64,000 nucleotides of DNA from Amphiscolops sp. MND2022 (GCA_964187785.1 OZ076409.1:42782001-42846000), one strand, 5' to 3'. Positions 37,301 through 52,300 are shown, counted from the stretch's first letter. Program-made: numbers and translations. The notes: a model not told the origin generated them from the sequence alone.

Positions 37301-40300
37301 TGAGAAAGGTTTAAGTTAGCAACAGAAATACGGAGTTTAACAAATAACCTAGGAGTCAGCTAAAAATCTTGGAAGCTAAACCAACCCAAAGGCGCTTGTT
37401 GTTCACCGTAACTATATGGTAGCCAAGAATGAGTTTAGTTTGCAGTAGTATCGTTTATGAAAGCAAGTTCAATACATATACTACAAAGAATGAAGCTTCA
37501 AAACAAAAAATGATCAGTATGGAATGAGAACGGTTTAAGTTAGCAACAGAATACGGAGTTTAACAGCTAACCTACGAGTCAGCTAAAAATCCTAGAAGCT
37601 AAGCCAACTCAAAGGCGCTTGTTGTTCACCGTAATTATATGGTAGCCAAGAATGAGTACACTAGAATCTATGAATTATGAAAATAAAAAGACCATAATGT
37701 CTAGTGTTTGGGTTAAACAATTGCTGGAAATATCCGCAATAACGATGATGCAAAACGGGAATAACGTCTAAAGCCAAGTCATGCCCATTCCCTATATAGA
37801 GACCTTGAGTTTTAGTATGGGCGCAAATAACGACTGAAAATGTTTCGGAATAACGTCTAAAGTTCAATGTATTAAGATTGGAAATGAGCATGACCTAGCT
37901 TTAGACGTTATTCCGGAGCGGGAATACCATCTAGGAGGGGTAATATTGTCTAAGGAACATCGTCTAAAGGTCACCGGGAGAAATGCATGATGGAATAACA
38001 TCTAAACTGAAAAGAGGAATAACGTTTAAAAATTGGGGAATAACGCCTGAAAAGTGGAATACTGTCTAAATTCAAAACATGAATAACGCCTGAGGCCAGG
38101 TCCATATCCAATTTTTGGAATGAAAAACTAACGAAAACACACCCACCCAATCGCAGTTAGTTACACTAGAATCGATTATTTAATAGAATGACAAGACCAC
38201 AACATCTAGTTATTGGAGAAAAAAACTAAAATACACCCGAAAAACCAGTAAAAAAACTCAAAATGAGAAATAATTGCGAAACGTGCGAGATCCTTCAATG
38301 AAAACCATTCAGATCTGTAGTTAGATACATTAGCAGCGATGAATCATTAGAATGATGAGTCATGAGAATGATAAGACCATAATATCTAGTTTTGTAACAA
38401 AAATTAACGAAAATACACCCAAAGTGAAAGGAATAATACCTAAAAGGAGCAGTCACTGCGGAAATCATGGAATTCAGTTTTTTCGACGAAACCAATTCAG
38501 ATCTGTAGTTGGATACTCTAAAAGAATCGGCAAAATATGAAATTGATAAGACCATAATATCTTATAATAGTTTTGGGAATGAAAAATAAGATTTAACACC
38601 GTAATTAGATGGTAGCAAAGAGTGGGAGTTCACTTTGCAGTGGTATCGTTTATACAAGCAAGTTCATTACTTATACTACAAAGAATAAAGCTTCAGAACG
38701 AAAAAAAATCATTATTGAATGAGAAAGGTCTAAGTTAGCAACAGAAATACGGAGATTGACAGTTAACCTAGGAGTCAGCTAAAAAAGCCTGAAAGGTAAG
38801 CCGACTCAAAGGCGCTTGTTAGTCATCGTATTTAGATAGTAGCCTAGAGTGGGAGTTGACTTTGCAGTAGTATCGTTTATACAAGCGAGTTCATTACGTA
38901 TACTACGAAGAATGAAGCTTCAAAACGAAAAAAAATGATCAATATGGAATGAGAAAAGTCTAAGTTAGCAACATAAATACGGAGATTAACAGTTAACCTA
39001 GGAATCAGCTGAAAAAGCCTGAAAGCTAAGCCGACTCAAAGGCGCTTGCTAGTCACCGTATTTAGATGGTAACCTAGAGTGGGAGTTGACTTTGCAGTAG
39101 TATCGTTTATACAAGCGAGTTCATTACATATACTACGAAGAATGAATCTTCAAAACAAAAAAATGATCAATATGGAATGAGAAAGGTTTAAGTTAGCAAC
39201 AGAAATACGGAGTTTAACAAATAACCTAGGAGTCAGCTAAAAATCCTGGAAGCTAAACCAACTCAAAGGCGCTTGTTGTTCACCGTAACTATATGGTAGC
39301 CAAGAATGAGTTTAGTTTGCAGTAGTATCGTTTATAAAAGCAAGTTCAATACATATACTACAAAGAATGAAGCTTCAAAACAAAAAATGATCAGTATGGA
39401 ATGAGAACGGTTTAAGTTAGCAACAGAATACGGAGTTTAACAGCTAACCTACGAGTCAGCTAAAAATCCTGGAAGCTAAGCCAACTCAAAGGCGCTTGTT
39501 GTTCACCGTAATTATATGGTAGCCAAGAATGAGTACACTAGAATCTATGAATTATGAAAGTAAAAAGACCATAATGTCTAGTGTTTGGGTTAAACAATTG
39601 CTGGAAATATCCGCAATAACGATGATGCAAAACGGGAATAACGTCTAAAGCCAAGTCATGCCCATTCCCTATATAGAGACCTTGAGTTTTAGTATGGGCG
39701 CAAATAACGACTGAAAATGTTTCGGAATAACGTCTAAAGTTCAATGTATTAAGATTGGAAATGAGCATGACTCGGCTTCAGAGAGCGGGAATAACATCTA
39801 GGAAGGAAAAAACGTCTAAAGGTCCACCGGCAGAAACGTCTAACGGAATAACATCTAAACTGTTTTCCGCTTTCATATATCATGGATCTTCGTCATGAAT
39901 CAAGTGCCATGTGTATCATCATGTTGGGGGGAGAAGACATCTAAACTGAAAAGAAGAGGAATAACGTCCAAAAACTCGGTAATAACGTCTAAAAAGTGGA
40001 GTAACGTCTGAATGCAAAACAGGAATATCGTCTAAATGCAAAACGCGAATAACGTCTAAAGCCATGTCATGCCCAATCCTTAAATAGAGACCTTGAGTTT
40101 TAGTATGGGCGCGAATAACGTCTGAAAATGTTTCGGAATATTGTCTAAAAATGTTTTGGAATAATGTCAAAATGTTTCGGAAAATAACATCTAAAGTTAA
40201 ATGTTATAAGATTGGAAATGAGCATGACTTGGCTCTAGACGTTATTCCGGAGAGCGGGAATAACATCGAAGGAATATCGTCTAAATTCATAACGGGAATA

Positions 40301-43300
40301 ACGTCTAAAGCCAAGTCATGCCCATTCCCTATAGAGACCTTGAATTTTAGTATGGGCGCGAATAACGTCTATAAATGTTTCGGAATATTGTCTAAAAATG
40401 TTTTGGAATAATGTCTAAAAATGTTTCGGAAAATAACATCTAAAGTTAAATGTATTAGGATTGGAAAAGAGCATGACCTAGCTTTAGACGTTATTCCGGA
40501 GCGGGAATACCATCTAGGAGGGGTAATATTGTCTAAGGAACATCGTCTAAAGGTCACCGGGAGAAATGCCTGATGGAATAACGTCTAAACTGAAAAGAGG
40601 AATAACGTTTAAAAATTGGGGAATAACGCCTGAAAAGTGGAATACTGTCTAAATTCAAAACATGAATAACGCCTGAGGCCAGGTCCATATCCAATTTTTG
40701 GAATGAAAAACACACCCACCCAATCGCAGTTAGTTACCCTAGAATCGATTATTTATTAAAATGACAAGACCACAACATCTAGTTATTGGAGAAAAAAACT
40801 AAAATACACCCGAAAAACCAGTAAAAAAACTCAAAATGAGAAATAATTGCGAAACGTGCGAGATCCTTCAATGAAAACCATTCAGATCTGTAGTTAGATA
40901 CATTAGCAGCGATGAATCATTAGAATGATGAGTCATGAGAATGATAAGACCATAATATCTAGTTTTGTAACAAAAATTAACGAAAATACACCCAAAGTGA
41001 AAGGAATAATACCTGAAAGGAGCACAGTCACTGCGGAAATCATGGAATTCAGTTTTTTCGACGAAACCAATTCAGATCTGTAGTTGGATACTCTAAAAGA
41101 ATCGGCAAAATATGAAATTGATAAGACCATAATATCTTATAATAGTTTTGGGAATGAAAAATAAGATTTAACACCGTAATTAGATGGTAGCAAAGAGTGG
41201 GAGTTCACTTTGCAGTGGTATCGTTTATACAAGCAAGTTCATTACTTATACTACAAAGAATAAAGCTTCAGAACGAAAAAAAAATCATTATTGAATGAGA
41301 AAGGTCTAAGTTAGCAACAGAAATACGGAGATTGACAGTTAACCTAGGAGTCAGCTAAAAAAGCCTGAAAGGTAAGCCGACTCAAAGGCGCTTGTTAGTC
41401 ATCGTATTTAGATAGTAGCCTAGAGTGGGAGTTGACTTTGCAGTAGTATCGTTTATACAAGCGAGTTCATTACGTATACTACGAAGAATGAAGCTTCAAA
41501 ACGAAAAAAATGATCAATATGGAATGAGAAAAGTCCAAGTTAGCAACAGAAATACGGAGTTTAACAAATAACCTAGGAGTCAGCTAAAAATCCTGGAAGC
41601 TAAACCAACTCAAAGGCGCTTGTTGTTCACTGTAACTATATGGTAGCCAAGAATGAGTTTAGTTTGCAGTAGTATCGTTTATAAAAGCAAGTTCAATACA
41701 TATACTACAAAGAATGAAGCTTCAAAACAAAAAATGATCAGTATGGAATGAGAACGGTTTAAGTTAGCAACAGAATACGGAGTTTAACAGCTAACCTACA
41801 AGTCAGCTAGAAATCCTGGAAGCTAAGCCAACTCAAAGGCGCTTGTTGTTCACCGTAATTGTATGGTAGCCAAGAATGAGTTTAGTTTGCAGTAGTATCG
41901 TTTATAAAAGCAAGTTCATTACATATACTACAAAGAATGAAGCTTCAAAACGAAAAAAAATGATCAATTTGGAATGAGAATGGACTAAGTTAGTAACAAA
42001 AATACGTAGATTAACAGGTAGCCTAGGAGTCAGCTAAAAAAGCCTGAAAGCTAAGCCGATTCAAAGGCGCTTGTTAGTCACCGTAACTAGACGATAGCCA
42101 AGAGTGAGAGTTTACTATGCAGTAGTATCAGTTTATACAAGTAAGTTTATTAGTGAGAAACAAAATAATCACTGAGAACCATGCTCTTCATTGAGGCAAA
42201 GAGCTCTCAGTGGGAGTAGCTGGCGTTGCCATGCTGTACTTTTTAGTCGGCGCTTCATGAAGTGAAACGCGACTATTATAGTGACTCTTTTTTTCTATCC
42301 ACACGAACTCACCAAAATAGTTCTACAAAATATTATTGCATCAAAATGCACTATTTGGTCTAGCGAACTGAACCAAAAAGGTTTTTCCTGTTTTTCCGCG
42401 TAACATACCATACCGGGCGAGACCAAAGACTCCCCCCTTTCATTTTTTTCGGCACTGCGAGACATTTTTTTTCGGAATTTTTTTCCTCAAACGGTCCCCC
42501 CTGCATTTTTTTGATGTTTTGCGACAGAATGGATGTTGAAAAATCCCAAAGGGTCCCCCCTTTCAGTTTTTTTTGGCATTGTGAGATTTTTTCCCGAAAA
42601 TGAAAATTTTTGTTTTCTTCAATTTTTTCATGTTTTGCGACAGAATGGATGTTGAAAAACCTCAAAGGGTCCACCCTTCCAGTTTTTTGGCATTGTGAGA
42701 CTTTAGCGCGCCAGGGGCTCGCGCTAGCGAGCCCCGGCGCGCCACTCGGTCCATTTGTTTGAGTATGTAATTGTTTCGAAAAATTTTTTTTTCAAAAGTT
42801 TTCGATTTTCGAGTACTGTAAAAGAGTACTTGACACTTGGAAGTCTTTTTGCTATATTTGAGCCTTGGATATGGCGCCGACTTGGGCCGGTCCCGGCTTG
42901 TTTTTAGTTCTCTTAGCTGGTTCGCAGAATTGCGAGCCAGCTGATACGCGTATTGCGCCTTTATTGGGCCTCTTTGGGTGAGCCCACAAAACCAAAGTTA
43001 GCAATCTTTGCTGGGTCAGCTGGTGGCCGAGTAGCGTTGTTTCCTTCAGGCTCTATCATAGCGTGGATCAATCCACAGTCGTTACCCCTGCCGAAAATAT
43101 ATCCGGCAATTTTTCTTCCGTATTTGGAAGGCTCGTAGGGAACTGACAATTCGCGCAGATTAGTGCCTTCATATATAATTACGCGAAGAGCAAGAGTTTC
43201 ACCTGAGATGGATGCTTCAGGCTCGACGACAGAATCATCGACAACATATTCGGGTTCTGGTTGTCTTCTGTTTTTGAAGAAAAATTCGACATATTTGGAC

Positions 43301-46300
43301 TAAAACATGGCTAAAATGACAGGTGAAACTGCAAACTAGAACCGGCCAAAGTCGGTGCCATCTCAAAGTTCAAAAGTGTACCGGGGACGTGGTTTTAGCG
43401 AAACATAAATTTCTCAAAACATGCAAAAAAACTTCATAAGAACAGAAATTAGCCTTCAAAGATGTTTATCAGATAAAAATTTTCCGGAACACTCTGACTT
43501 CAACACGTCACCCCTACCCAACATGAAAAATGCCAACATACCCAAATTCCAAAGACTGTAAACTGAATGGAAAAACATGAGAGAATTGGAAGAATGCGAA
43601 TTCTATGGCATTGAGCCCGAATATCCGAAACAAATGCCTTTGTAGACGGCATTTGACACCTTAGTCGTTATCATTGCAAATCAAACGACTTGGAAAATGA
43701 AGTCAGCTTCTCAGGAAACAACTTTTATCATGAGTCCAGCTTACCAGACGTTCGCGTTCCTTCTTGGCTTCGTCGCGTGATTCCTTCCAGCAGTCCCTTT
43801 GAGTCTCGAGAAGCTTCTCCATCGTCGAAGTGAAACTTTAAAACTTCTCAAATTGCGCTCGATGTGGACTGAAGACATTTATAGAGAATAATTTAGCATT
43901 AGTGTTTTATCAACTTTCGTGTGACTTCATTTAAGGAAACGAATGTGCACAAATGACGTAAGGAAATCACAGGAGCAGATACGAGCTGACTTATCAAATT
44001 TATTCTGTTGAAAACAAACGCACGCCACAACTGCAAGGTGTCGGAGACAATGGAGCAGCATGATCACTCAGCGCAACTGGCGACTACTCGAAAACCGGCG
44101 CCGGTTGAACTAAATGAGCTCTCGTAAGAACAGGTTACTCGATTTCATCATCTAAAGAGAGTGAGCGTCGATCTTCATCGGAGTCTGCACAATCCAACAG
44201 AGGGGAGGTATGTTCTCGTCCCCAAAAGAAAACGCTCAAGTACAGCAAGGTTTCTTGCATATTGGGAGATTAGTTGAGCACCCTTCGCCTCAGCCTTTCT
44301 CAGATATGTTTCAGTTCCTTTGTCAATCAAAGAACATTCGTGATAGTTTCTGGTCAACGGATTCCTGATTTGCACTTTGTCGTCCTTCTGCAGGCTTAAC
44401 TTCCTGTTCAAACTGAGCTCCTTAGGCCACCCTGAACTTTGGGCGAAGATCATGAAGACAGTTTTGTCTGGGCAATAAAAGAGCCAGCGTGTGTTCGCCA
44501 CATCTTTTAGCAGGGCTTTGGTGTCATCGCTTCTCTTCTCTCGTTTATCCATAGGGACAATCAAACAAATTCTAGAAGAGCGACAGATTTTCTGAAGATT
44601 ATTTCTCGTCCAACATCATCGCTGAAGAAACCCATGTTTAAAATGAACTTGCTTTACTGAGAAACTTGTGAAAAACATTGAAAAGTGATTCATAAGTCAG
44701 CTTGCTATAAAAAACAGCTAGTAGATACATGAGTTTGAACTGAAAGTTGGGAAGGAATAGAAGGCACAGAAGTCAGTTGAAAAAGCGTTAAAACTGAACT
44801 TACTCAGTGGATAAAGTCCTTTGTTGGCACAAAAGTGGTTCAGCCTAAGTGTCAGTCCAGAAGGCATAGATTTGCCGATTGAATGACTGAAAAGTTATCA
44901 GTACTTATTGTATAGAAAACTAATTAGTATCATCAGTGAAATTTATTTCAACTCCAGAGTCAGCCAAGAAAGCATAGAACTTTGCTGACTCATAGAAAAT
45001 ACTATTTGCACGGAATCATCCGGTCCAGGAGTCAGCAGAAAAAGCATAAGAGCTAAGCCGACTCAAGGACTGATAATATTAGTATTTCATTGATAAACGT
45101 TCAGTTGTGATCAAAGTGTACAGACAGTTTGATGAAGATTTTCTGATGATCAGTGGAGAAGGCAACCAACTTTCCAGAAACTGTCACAGGGTAGATCAAT
45201 TATTTCATTGGTAGTTTTGCAGAGATAGAACGCACTTGGTACATCATTGACACCAGTGCATTCAAATGATTTTTCAATTGAGTAAAGCTCAACCAAAGAA
45301 AACCGGCGTCCTCCAACATCGAAAAAAGCAATCACTTGACCAAAAGAGCTGATTGGAACCAACTGGAAAAAAACATGATATGGGAGTTAGAGCTGGATTT
45401 CGTATCACTGGCTGAGTCAAACACGACTCCGTGCAACATTTCCCTCGCAGTGACTGATGGGGCGCGATTACAAAGCTCGCCAACAACATCGGTGTTCCTC
45501 AAATGTCCATGTGTAAACTTCTTCCTTCCTGAAATCAACTCACTTGTCAAGTCAAAGAGGGCATCGTTCTCAATATTCGACCCCAGGACTGACTTTTTAA
45601 CCAGATACCGTTCGACCAATAACCTCAAGTGGTTCACTGAACCAGTGAATGTCGAAACAAGAGAGTGATGAGCAGATTGAAAAGCGAACCAAGAGGCTGT
45701 CCACAATGGGCCATAATTTCGTACTTGCCATGTTAGATGACGCAGTGAGTGTAAATTGAAAGTTTGCTCAGCTCGATCGAGGACGCCCAACCCGGTGCAA
45801 AAATCAATAATCAACTGATCGCATTCGATCAAGTACTTGTCGCTTTCCAGCAACAAACGAATTGCATATGAGAGTTTCCACAACAGATCGTTGACAGTTT
45901 CATTGAGCAATCCCATTGTGACAACTGGTGCCACGTATAAAAGCCAGGTTTTGAAGTTACTCGCTTTGAAAGTAGATAATTGGTCCAAACCACGAACTGA
46001 ACGCTGAAATTCTGAAGGCAGTTTGAATTGTTTCGCTTTGATTTAATTATTCTCCTTTTCGCTGGCTGTAATGAAGAATACATGTAAACCCGGAAGTTTT
46101 TAGTCACGCCGAAGTTAACTGTGCATATTGTCAATTGTGCCAAAAGTATTCTGGCCGTTATTAGGCTCAAAGAACTTCTACCTGAAGAGTATTAAGCTTT
46201 ACATGAGTTTGCATCAGATATGAGCGACCTAGTTAAAATTTACACGAGAAAATTGTTAAGGACTATTCGTGTATCCATCAAGACAATGAAACAAAATCAT

Positions 46301-49300
46301 TTGAAGAAAAGTGATAAACACTTCACAGTAAAAATTTTGTTCAATACCCTTGATGCCTTTAGCTCTGTTGCGAAAAAACTTTGAACCCGGATCAGTTCCA
46401 GCTGCTTCAAATTTTTGAGCTTCCACTAGATTCTGTTGATATCATTCGTAAGTACGCATTTTGATAACTGTATCACTGGGATATAATCGCTGACTGTGAT
46501 ACTATTTCGCCTTCATCTTCGCAGAGATGGCAACCAAAATAACCATTGAACTGCTTCATGTTGAGCATTGCAGCTTTGGCGACATGTCGGCACTAAGAAA
46601 CAAGAAATCAATTCGCACGGAGTACGAGAAACTATGATGATGAATGTATTTCAACTCGGAGACCTCTCTTTGGACATACTGGAAAATCTATTCAAAATTG
46701 GGCTTTCCATCACCGAAGCATAAACTTGCCAGAGCAATGTGGTCAAACGAGAAACGCATTACTGGAGGTAAATCAGCAATTATTAACGATAAAGGGTAAA
46801 GATGCTTCCCTCATGAATGGATGATTTTGACACCATCAGTTGAAATAATCAAATGCAGCATGATGCCAGTTTTCGTTAGATTTCGTTTCCAATTTTTATG
46901 TCACATCCATCATCAGTAACAGCGTTATGTGATCGTTTCCTCAAGATCCGCCAATTACGACAGCAAATTTCCTTCAACTCTCGAAAACTTCATCAAACCA
47001 CCTGCTTTACAAGCAACCTGGGTGTATGTACTCTCCAGAAATAATATTCTTTTTTCAATTTGATTCCTGACAGGCCATTGCTGGGTTTCATTCGACGAAA
47101 AACTTTTAGGACATCGTTCATGAGCGCATCCGACGCTTGGTGTTTAGAACCGATTGCAGTTAAAGATAAATTGACATTACTCAAACCAATTTCTGTACTG
47201 GAAACCATTTGATGGTCTGGTCTCGAATAACTTTCACTGCTGGAGCTTGGGGGATCGAGCAGCTCATCGCATTCGTCGTAAACGCCGGGACAAACAAGTT
47301 CCGTAATTTGATGAATAGGAGTTTGATGAAAAGACCCGATTGGTACAGTCTCTACCTCGGAGAGTTGTTCTTCGTAATGGGATTCTTCTGAGGGGGAAGT
47401 ACTTGATTCGTCAAATGGCGGGAAACGTAGATCTTCATTGCAAAAAGTGCCCATGACCATTGTTCGTTTCCTTTCATATGAGTTTCCTGTCTCTGCTCCA
47501 GAAATGGCCAAAACTCCCGACAATGAAATACGTTGTCTTCTGTATTTTTTGGGCAGCGAATAAGGCAATGAGAGACGTGGAACAGTTGATTCCTCTGGCA
47601 AATGCTTAAGATGCTTATGGGGGCAGCGACACTCAAAAGTTTCGAAGAATTCTTCACCATAAAAGACTGTCAATTCCTCTCCCGGCTGAATAGTCCGGAG
47701 AGTTTTCAACTTGACGCACGGTGAGGCATCTGGAGAAGTGAATTCATATTGGCAGTTGGGATCACATGACGAATTGACAAATCGAATACTTCCAGCTTAA
47801 AGTCTCGGGAATTGGCATAATTTAGTAGCGGCTATAGTTGAAATGTCATCGAAAAGCTGCTCTTCAGGCCTAATTTTCGCTACAAGACCCAACGGATAAG
47901 GGAGAACGAAGTTCTTCGGTGTGCTTTTGACTTTTTAGGCAGTGGCCACCGAATGCATCAGCTGGGAATCTACATCCAGTTTTAATCGTCTCCTCGTATA
48001 TGCCTTCCAAACGGCGGAGCAAATCAAAATCTTTCTTGGTTGCCATTTCCTCGAAGGTCTGGAACTCTGGAAGTGCCGTTAATGTACCAACACTGCTTCC
48101 AGAGGTGGAAACCTTTTCTGGCTGCAAAACCATCACACAGAGCCATGCTAACTGGTCGTAAAACCATTTTCTCAACTCTTTGAAACAAAAAAGCTACGAT
48201 AATTTTTTCTCGTCAAATTTAACAAGGCGAACAACGATTTCTTGAACAATAGAGAAAAAACTGAGTGATCAATTTTGACAACTGAAAAGGAAGAGAAATT
48301 ACCAAATCGAAAAAAATCATACAGGAAAAAACATCGAACAAATTTTTTGTTTTTCTTACCTCCTCTTCTTTTTCTCGGCACCGGTCAATCTTTCACGAAT
48401 CCACAATGGGCCATAATTTCGTACTTGCCATGTTAGATGACGCAGCGAGTGTAAATTGAAAGTTTGCTCTGCTCGATCGGGGCGCCCAACCCCGTGCAAA
48501 AATCAATAATCAACTGATCGCATTCGATCAAGTACTTGTCGCTTTCCAGCAACAACCGAATTGCATATGAGGATTTCCACAACAGATCGTTGACAGTTTC
48601 ATTGTGCAATCCCATTGTGACAACTGGTGCCACATATAAAAGCCAGGTTTTGAATTTACTCGCTTTGAAAAAAGATAATTGGTCCAAACCACGAACTGAA
48701 CGCTGAAATTCTGAAGGCAGTTTGAATTGTTTCGCTCTGATTTAATTATTCTCCTTTTCGGTGGCTGTATTAAAGAATACATGTAAACCCGGAAGTTTTT
48801 AGTCACGCCCAAGCGAACTGTGCATATAGTCAATTGTGCCAAAAGTATTCTGGCCGTTATTAGGCTCAAAGAACTTCTACCTGAAGAGTATTGAGCTTTA
48901 CATGAGTTTGCATCAGATATGAGCGACCTAGTTAAAATTTACACAAGAGAAAATTGTTAAGGACTATTCGTGTATCCATCAAGACAATGAAACAAAATCA
49001 TTTGAAGAAAAGTGATAAACACTTCACAGTAAAAATTTCGTTCAATACCCTTGATGCCTTTAGTTCTGTTGCGAAAAACTTTGAACCCGGATCAGTTCCA
49101 GCTGCTTCAAATTTTTGAGCTTCCACTAGATTCTGTTGATATCATTCGTGAGTACGCATTTTGATAACTGTATCACTGGGATATAATCACTGACTGTGTG
49201 ATACTATTTTGCCTTCATCTTCGCAGAGATGGCAACCAAAATAACCATTGAACTGCTTCATGTTGCGAATTGCAGCTTTGGCGACATGTCGGCACTAAGA

Positions 49301-52300
49301 AACAAGAAATCAATTCGCACAGAGTACGAGAAACCATCATGATGAATGTATTTCAACTCGGAGACCTCTCTTGGCACATACTGGAAAATCTATTCAAAAT
49401 TGGGCTTTCCATCACCGAACCGTAAACTTGCCAGAGCAATGTGGTCAAACCAGAAACGCATTACTGGAGGTAAATCAGCAATTATTAACCATAAAGGGTA
49501 AAGATGCTTCCCTCATGAATAGATGATTTTGACACCATCAGTTGAAATAATCAAATGCAGCATGACGCCAGTTTTCGTTAGATTTCGTTTCCTATTTTTA
49601 TGTCACATCCATCATGAGTAACAGCGTTATGTGATCGTTTCCTCAAGATCCGCCAATTACGACAGCAAATTTCCTTCAACTCTCGAAAACTTCATCAAAC
49701 CACCTGCTTTACAAGCAACCTGGGTGTATGTACTCTCCTGAAATAATATTCTGTCTTTTTTGAATTTGATTCCTGACAGGCCACTGCTGGGTTTCATTCG
49801 ACGAAAAACTTTTAGGACATCGTTCATGAGCGCATCCGACGCTTGGTGTTTAGAACCGATTGCAGTTAAAGATAAATTGACATTACTCAAAACAATTTCA
49901 GTACTGGCAACCATTTGATGGTCTGGACTCGAATAATTTTCACTGCTGGAGCTTGTGGGATCGAGCAGCTCATCGCATTCGTCGTAAGAGCCGGGACAAA
50001 TAAGTTCCGTAATTTGATGAATAGGAGTTTGATGAAAAGACCCGACTGGTACAGTCGTTACCTCGGAGAGTTGTTCTTCGTAATGGGATTCTTCTGAGGG
50101 GGAAGTATTTGATTCGTCAAATGGCGGGAAACGTAGATCTTCATTGCAAAAAGTGCCCATGACCATTGTTCGTTTCCTTTCATATGAGTTTCCTGTCTCT
50201 GCTCCAGAAATTGCTAAAAATCTCGACAATGAAATACGTTGTCTTCTGTACTTTTTGGGCAGCGAATAGGGCAATGAGAGACGTGGAACAGTTGATTCCT
50301 CTGGCAAATGCTTATGAAGATGCTTATGGGGGCAGCGACACTCAAAAGTTTCGAAGAATTCTTCACCATAAAAGACTGTCGATTCCTCTCCTGGCTGAAT
50401 AGTCCGGAGAGTTTTCAACTTGACGCACGGTGATGCATCTGGAGAAGTGAATTCACATTGGCAGTTAGGATCACATGACAAATTGACAAATCGAATACTT
50501 CCAGCTTAAAGTCTCGGGAATTGGCATACTTTAGTAGCGGCTATAGTTGAAATGTCATCGAAAAGCTGCTCTTAAGGCCTAATTTTCGCTACAAGACCCA
50601 ACGGATGAGGGAGAACGAAGTTCTTAGGTGTGCTTTTGACGTTTTAGGCAGTGGCCACCGAATGCATCAGCTGAGAATCTACATCCAGTTTTAATCGTCT
50701 CCTCGTATATGCCTTCCAAACGGCGGAGCAAATCAAAATCTTTCTTGGTTGCCATTTCCTCGAAGGTCTGGAACTCTGGAAGTGCCGTTAATGTACTAAC
50801 ACTGCTTCCAGAGGTGGAAACCTTTTCTGGGCTGCAAAACCATCACACAGAGCCATGCTAACTGGTCGTAAAACCATTTTCTCAACTCTTTAAAACAAAG
50901 AAGCTACGATGATATTTTTTTCTCGTCAAATGTAACAAGGCGAACAACGATTTCTTGAACAATAGAGGAAAAACTGAGTGATCAATTTTGACAATTGAAA
51001 AGGAAGAGAAATGACCAAATCGAAAAAAAATCATACAGGAAAAAACAAACAATTTTTTTTGTTTTTCTTACCTCCTCTTCTTTTTCTCGGCACCGGTCAA
51101 TCTTTCACGAATCCACAATGGGCCATAATTTCGTACTTGCCATGTTAGATGACGCAGTGAGTGTAAATTGAAAGTTTGCTCTGCTCGATCGGGGGCGCCC
51201 AACCCGGTGCAAAAATCAATAACTGATCGCATTCGATCAAGTACTTGTCGCTTTCCAGCAACAACCGAATTGCATATGAGAATTTCCACAATAGATCGTT
51301 GACAGTTTCATTGAGCAATCCCAATGTGACAACTGGTGCCACGTATAAAAGCCAGGTTTTGAATTTACTCGCTTTGAAAAAAGATAATTGGTCCAAACCA
51401 CAAGCTGAACGCTGAAATTCTGAAGGCAGTTTGAATTGTTTCGCTTTGATTTAATTATTCTCCTTTTCGGTGGCTGTGTTGAAGAATACTTGTAAACCCG
51501 GAAGTTTTTAGTCACGCCCAAGCAAACTGTGCATATAGTCATTTGTGCCAAAAGTATTCTGGCCGTTATTAGGCTCAAAGAACTTCTACCTGAAGAGTAT
51601 TGAGCTTTACATGAGTTTGCATCAGATATGAGCGACCTACTTGAAATTTACACAAGAGAAAATTGTTAAGGACTATTCGTGTATCCATCAAGACAATGAA
51701 ACAAAATCATTTGAAGAAAAGTGATAAACACTTCACAGTAAAAATTTCGTTCAATACCCTTGATGCCTTTAGTTCTGTTGCGAAAAAACTTTGAACCCGG
51801 ATCAGTTCCAGCTGCTTCAAATTTTTGAGCTTCCACTAGATTGTTGATATCATTCGTAGTTACGCATTTTGATAACTGTATCACTGGGATATAATCACTG
51901 ACTGTGTGATACTATTTCGCCTTCATCTTCGCAGAGTTGGCAACCAAAATAACCATTGAACTACTTCATGTTGAGAATTGCAGCTTTGGCGACATGTCGG
52001 CACTAAGAAACAAGAAATCAATTCGCACAGAATACGAGAAACCATCATGATGAATGTATTTCAACTCGGAGACCTCTCTTGGGACATACTGGAAAATCTA
52101 TTCAAAATTGGGCTTTCCATCACCGAAACGTAAACTTGCCAGAGCAATGTGGTCAAACGAGAAACGCATTATTTGAGGTAAATCAGCAATTATTAACCAT
52201 AAAGGGTAAAGATGCTTCCCTCATGAATGGATGATTTTGACACCATCAGTTGAAATAATCAAATGCAGCGTGACGCCAGTTTTCGTTAGATTTCGTTTCC

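Noticed and set aside
31500..42150. Repeated short ORFs (e.g. [13 protein letters not shown]..., MMSHENDK...) and a CRISPR-like repeated appearance
   Set aside because: They are by-products of tandem repetition. There are no unique spacers or cas genes, and the context is eukaryotic.
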